A stretch of 32,000 bases of DNA, from assembly GCF_000195955.2 (NCBI RefSeq), contig NC_000962.3, positions 3,990,001 to 4,022,000 on the forward strand, written 5' to 3'. Under the pieces are notes generated by a model. It ran no database searches and was not told where the DNA came from. It was given only the letters and a program-made list of their open reading frames with translations. Below are positions 29,072 through 32,000 of the stretch, in pieces. Positions within the stretch are counted from its first letter, which is position 1. Every line of letters begins with the position of its first letter. A program made the translations under genes and the position numbers. The stretch comes from Mycobacterium tuberculosis H37Rv. Lineage in GTDB: Bacteria > Actinomycetota > Actinomycetes > Mycobacteriales > Mycobacteriaceae.

Positions 29072-29261
29072 GCATGGCCGACGGTCCCCTTGCCATCACG
29101 GCGAAATCGGTTTACATACATGGCTATTCGGTAGATACGGCAGAGATTCCAACAGCTGTGCGTGGCCACCCGAATGCCGCGGGAACCGCGATCAAGGACC
29201 GCCGCTGATGCGGCCGAAACTTGGGCGTCCCAATATCGCGCGGTATTCCAACAGGTTTAGC

Positions 29262-30128
29262 GTGCCTACCGCCAGATCCGATGCTCCGTTGTCGGTGACC
29301 TGGATGGGCGTTGCGACGCTGCTGGTCGACGACGGATCGTCGGCCCTGATGACTGATGGCTACTTTTCCCGGCCCGGCCTGGCACGGGTGGCGGCGGGTA
29401 AAGTGTCGCCGTCAGCGGAGCGGGTCGACGGTTGCCTTGCCCGGGCCAATGTCTCCCGGCTGACGGCCGTTATCCCGGTGCACACTCACATCGACCACGC
29501 GATGGATTCCGCGCTGGTCGCCGACCGTACCGGAGCCCAGCTGGTCGGGGGGGAGTCGGCGGCCAATGTCGGGCGCGGATACGGGTTGCCTGAGGAGTCT
29601 CTTGTCGTCGCCGTCCCAGGTGAACCAATCCAGTTGGGCGCCTTCGACGTGACGTTGGTGGAGTCGCATCACTGCCCACCCGACCGGTTTCCCGGTGTGA
29701 TCAGCGCACCACTGACACCGCCGGTGAAGGCGTCGGCCTACCGCTGCGGTGAGGCGTGGTCGACGCTGGTGCACCACCGGCCATCGGGGCGCCGGCTGTT
29801 AATCCAGGACAGCGCCGGTTTCGTCAGCGGCGCACTGGCCGGTTACCGCGCCGATGCCGCCTACCTCAGTGTCGGCCAGCTCGGCCTGCAACCGCCGTCA
29901 TACCTGCTCGAATACTGGACCGAGACCGTGCGCACGGTGGGCGTCCGCCGCGTGATTCTCATCCACTGGGACGACTTTTTTCGGCCGCTGTCAAAGCCGT
30001 TGCGGGCCTTGCCATATGCGGCCGACGACCTAGACCTGTCGATCCGCATCCTCGACGAGCTGGCCGCCCAGGACGGCGTCGCGCTGCAGATGCCGACGGT
30101 GTGGCGCCGCGAGGATCCCTGGATGTGA
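29262..30128 (+). CDS. Metallo-beta-lactamase-fold protein (Rv3577-like)
   Basis: HTHIDH (HxHxDH) motif. GTG at 29262 gives 288 aa, and an ATG at 29208 (306 aa) is equally plausible. The ORF-track start at 28989 overlaps lppH and is rejected. Confidence 0.82.
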   Translation: MPTARSDAPLSVTWMGVATLLVDDGSSALMTDGYFSRPGLARVAAGKVSPSAERVDGCLARANVSRLTAVIPVHTHIDHAMDSALVADRTGAQLVGGESAANVGRGYGLPEESLVVAVPGEPIQLGAFDVTLVESHHCPPDRFPGVISAPLTPPVKASAYRCGEAWSTLVHHRPSGRRLLIQDSAGFVSGALAGYRADAAYLSVGQLGLQPPSYLLEYWTETVRTVGVRRVILIHWDDFFRPLSKPLRALPYAADDLDLSIRILDELAAQDGVALQMPTVWRREDPWM

Positions 30129-30141
30129 AGCGCTCTAGCCC

Positions 30142-31383
30142 TTGACACTTGCTGTTGCGCTGATACTGCTTGCCGTGGTCCTGGGGTTCGCGGTTGCCCG
30201 CCCACGCGGCTGGCCGGAGGCAGCGGCGGCGGTTCCGGCAGCGGTCATCCTGTTAGCGATCGGGGCGATCTCGCCCCAGCAGGCGATGGCGCAGGTGTCC
30301 GGGCTGGCGCGCGTGGTCGCGTTTCTGGGTGCGGTTCTGGTGCTGGCTAAGCTGTGCGACGACGAAGGCCTGTTCGAGGCAGCCGGCGCGGCCATGGCTC
30401 GAGCGAGCGCGGAGTCGCACCGACTGCTACGGCAGGTGTTCGCCGTCTCGGCCGCCATCACCGCGGCGCTCTGCCTGGACGCCACCGTGGTGCTGTTGAC
30501 CCCGGTGGTGCTGGCGACGGTCCGCCGGCTGCGGACCCCGGTGCGCCCCTATGCCTACGCCACCGCCCACCTAGCCAACGCCGCTTCGCTGCTGCTTCCG
30601 GTGTCGAATCTGACCAACCTGCTCGCCTACCACGGTGCCGGCATCTCGTTCACCAAGTTCACGCTGCTGATGGCATTGCCTTGGCTGTCCGCCGTGGCCG
30701 CGGTCTATGTGGTCTTCCGCTGGTTTTTCGCCCGGGATCTACGCGTGGTGCCGGACCGGCAGCAACTCAAGCCGGCGCCGCGCCTGCCAATGTTCGTGCT
30801 GGTGGTGGTGGCGCTGACACTCGGGGGCTTCGCCGTCGCCGAGTCGGTGGGACTGGCCCCAACGTGGGCGGCGCTGGCTGGCGCCGCAGTGTTGGCGCTG
30901 CGAAGTCTGCGGCGTGGACACACTTCGGTGCTGCGGATCGCGCGCGCCGTCAACGTGTCGTTCCTGGTCTTTGTGTTGGCCCTGGGTGTCGTGGTGCACG
31001 CGGTCATGCTCAACGGCATGGCCGCCAGGATGTCCGCCGTGCTGCCGACCGGGTCCGGGTTGCCCGCGCTGCTCGGCATCGCCGCGCTGGCCGCCGTGCT
31101 GGCCAACGTGGTCAACAACCTGCCCGCGACTCTGGTGTTAGTGCCGCTGGTGGCGGCCGGCGGGCCGGCGGCCGTGCTGGCCGTGCTACTCGGGGTCAAC
31201 ATCGGACCCAACCTGACCTATGCCGGTTCGCTGTCTAACCTGCTGTGGCGGGGCGTGCTGCGCCGGCACAACGTCGACGCCAGCGTCGGCGAGTACACCC
31301 GACTGGGACTGTGCACCGTGCCTGCGGCCCTGGCGATGGCGGTGCTCGCGCTGTGGGCCAGCGCCCAGGTTCTGGGGATCTAG
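30142..31383 (+). CDS. arsB2: ArsB/NhaD-superfamily permease, annotated arsenical pump membrane protein ArsB2 (Rv3578-like)
   Basis: 413-aa highly hydrophobic polytopic ORF starting at TTG 30142, 13 nt after the Rv3577 stop. Confidence 0.9.
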   Translation: MTLAVALILLAVVLGFAVARPRGWPEAAAAVPAAVILLAIGAISPQQAMAQVSGLARVVAFLGAVLVLAKLCDDEGLFEAAGAAMARASAESHRLLRQVFAVSAAITAALCLDATVVLLTPVVLATVRRLRTPVRPYAYATAHLANAASLLLPVSNLTNLLAYHGAGISFTKFTLLMALPWLSAVAAVYVVFRWFFARDLRVVPDRQQLKPAPRLPMFVLVVVALTLGGFAVAESVGLAPTWAALAGAAVLALRSLRRGHTSVLRIARAVNVSFLVFVLALGVVVHAVMLNGMAARMSAVLPTGSGLPALLGIAALAAVLANVVNNLPATLVLVPLVAAGGPAAVLAVLLGVNIGPNLTYAGSLSNLLWRGVLRRHNVDASVGEYTRLGLCTVPAALAMAVLALWASAQVLGI

Positions 31384-31392
31384 CCGCAAGGG

Positions 31393-31454
31393 CGCGAGCA
31401 GACGCAGAATCGCATGATTTGAGCTCAAATCATGCGATTCTGCGTCTGCTCGCG
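31393..31454. repeat. Perfect 62-bp palindrome (family 2, copy 2) between convergent arsB2 and Rv3579c; putative bidirectional terminator
   Basis: 31 consecutive complementary pairs around the centre 31423|31424 (GAG|CTC), checked base by base. The outer arms GCGAGCAGACGCAGAATCGC match copy 1 apart from one compensated A/G change. It contains the last 9 codons plus the stop of Rv3579c. Confidence 0.9.
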
Positions 31455-32000
31455 AGGCTCGCGTGGCCGCCGGCGCTGGCGGGCGATCTCGGCGAGCACC
31501 ACCCCAGCGGCCACCGAGGCGTTCAGTGATTCGGCCTGAGCGGCCATCGGGATGGACACCACCTCGTCACAGTTCTGCCTTACCAACCGGGACAACCCCT
31601 TGCCTTCCGACCCAACGACCACCACCAACGAGTCAGTGCCATCTACATCGTCGAGCGCGGTGCCGCCACCGGCGTCCAGTCCGATCACCCGCACTCCACG
31701 ATCGGCCCAGCCCTTCAGCGTCCTGGTGAGATTGGTGGCCCGGGCCACCGGAATCCGGGCCGCCGCCCCGGCGCTGGTGCGCCACGCCACCGCGGTCACC
31801 GACGCAGAACGGCGTTGCGGAATCAGCACCCCATGGCCACCGAACGCGGCCACCGACCGCACGATCGCACCGAGGTTGCGCGGGTCGGAAAGGTTGTCCA
31901 AAGCGACCAGCAGCGCAGGCGGTTGGTCGAGGGCGGCGGCCAGCAGGTCATCGGGATGGGCGTAGTTGTACGGTGGCACCTGTAGCGCGATGCCTTGATG
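31425..32000 (-). CDS. SpoU/TrmH-family RNA 2'-O-methyltransferase (Rv3579c-like), C-terminal part; the 5' end lies beyond the window
   Basis: Motifs [13 protein letters not shown] and [20 protein letters not shown] are present. The reading frame stays open from 31979 to base 32000 (…[13 protein letters not shown]), so the ORF-track start is not the true start. Confidence 0.9.
   Translation of the reverse strand, partial: HQGIALQVPPYNYAHPDDLLAAALDQPPALLVALDNLSDPRNLGAIVRSVAAFGGHGVLIPQRRSASVTAVAWRTSAGAAARIPVARATNLTRTLKGWADRGVRVIGLDAGGGTALDDVDGTDSLVVVVGSEGKGLSRLVRQNCDEVVSIPMAAQAESLNASVAAGVVLAEIARQRRRPREPREQTQNRMI

Noticed and set aside
28989-29207. ORF-track start of the Rv3577-like gene at 28989 (379 aa), overlapping the 3' end of lppH.
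   Set aside because: The extra 73-91 aa are Arg/Ser/Cys/Trp-rich and overlap lppH in another frame. MBL-fold homology begins near PLSVTWMGVATLLVDDG, so 29208 or 29262 are the credible starts.

Overview
High-GC actinobacterial window that I recognise, from gene order and protein sequences (from memory, no search run), as the Mycobacterium tuberculosis complex cholesterol/steroid catabolic locus. In H37Rv numbering it runs from Rv3551 (ipdA, 5' end cut by the window edge) to Rv3579c (only the 3' part is present). It holds 32 protein-coding genes or fragments and no rRNA/tRNA, CRISPR array, transposase or integrase.

Left half, the KstR2 regulon (rings C/D, HIP degradation): ipdA, ipdB, ipdC, fadA6, kstR2, ipdF, fadE30, fadD3, fadE31-33, aspB. 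fdxB, an Rv3555c-like nuclease-fold gene and PPE64 are interspersed.

Middle, the KstR regulon (rings A/B): hsaACDB, kshB, Rv3572, fadE34, kstR, with nat and a small MOSC-like fragment next to hsaB.

Right end: a LacI-type regulator, lipoprotein lppH, an MBL-fold protein, arsB2 and a SpoU-type methyltransferase.

Five TetR operator sites are readable directly: two KstR2 boxes and three KstR boxes.

I see no convincing evidence for a new multi-gene system such as a defence island or biosynthetic cluster; the pathway genes are well characterised. The features that gene annotation does not explain are:
- two MIRU-type repeats embedded in operons, one carrying a perfectly start/stop-coupled 34-codon mini-ORF;
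- two sequence families of long conserved hairpins that all sit at 3' ends of transcription units. One pair brackets Rv3555c; the other pair shows compensatory arm changes, and one member contains the stop codon of Rv3579c;
- a MOSC-domain remnant between hsaB and nat;
- the self-sufficient desaturase-reductase-ferredoxin fusion FdxB;
- the uncharacterised secreted protein Rv3572 coupled to kshB.

All coordinates come from hand indexing of the sequence plus the ORF track. Start codons are the least certain element.
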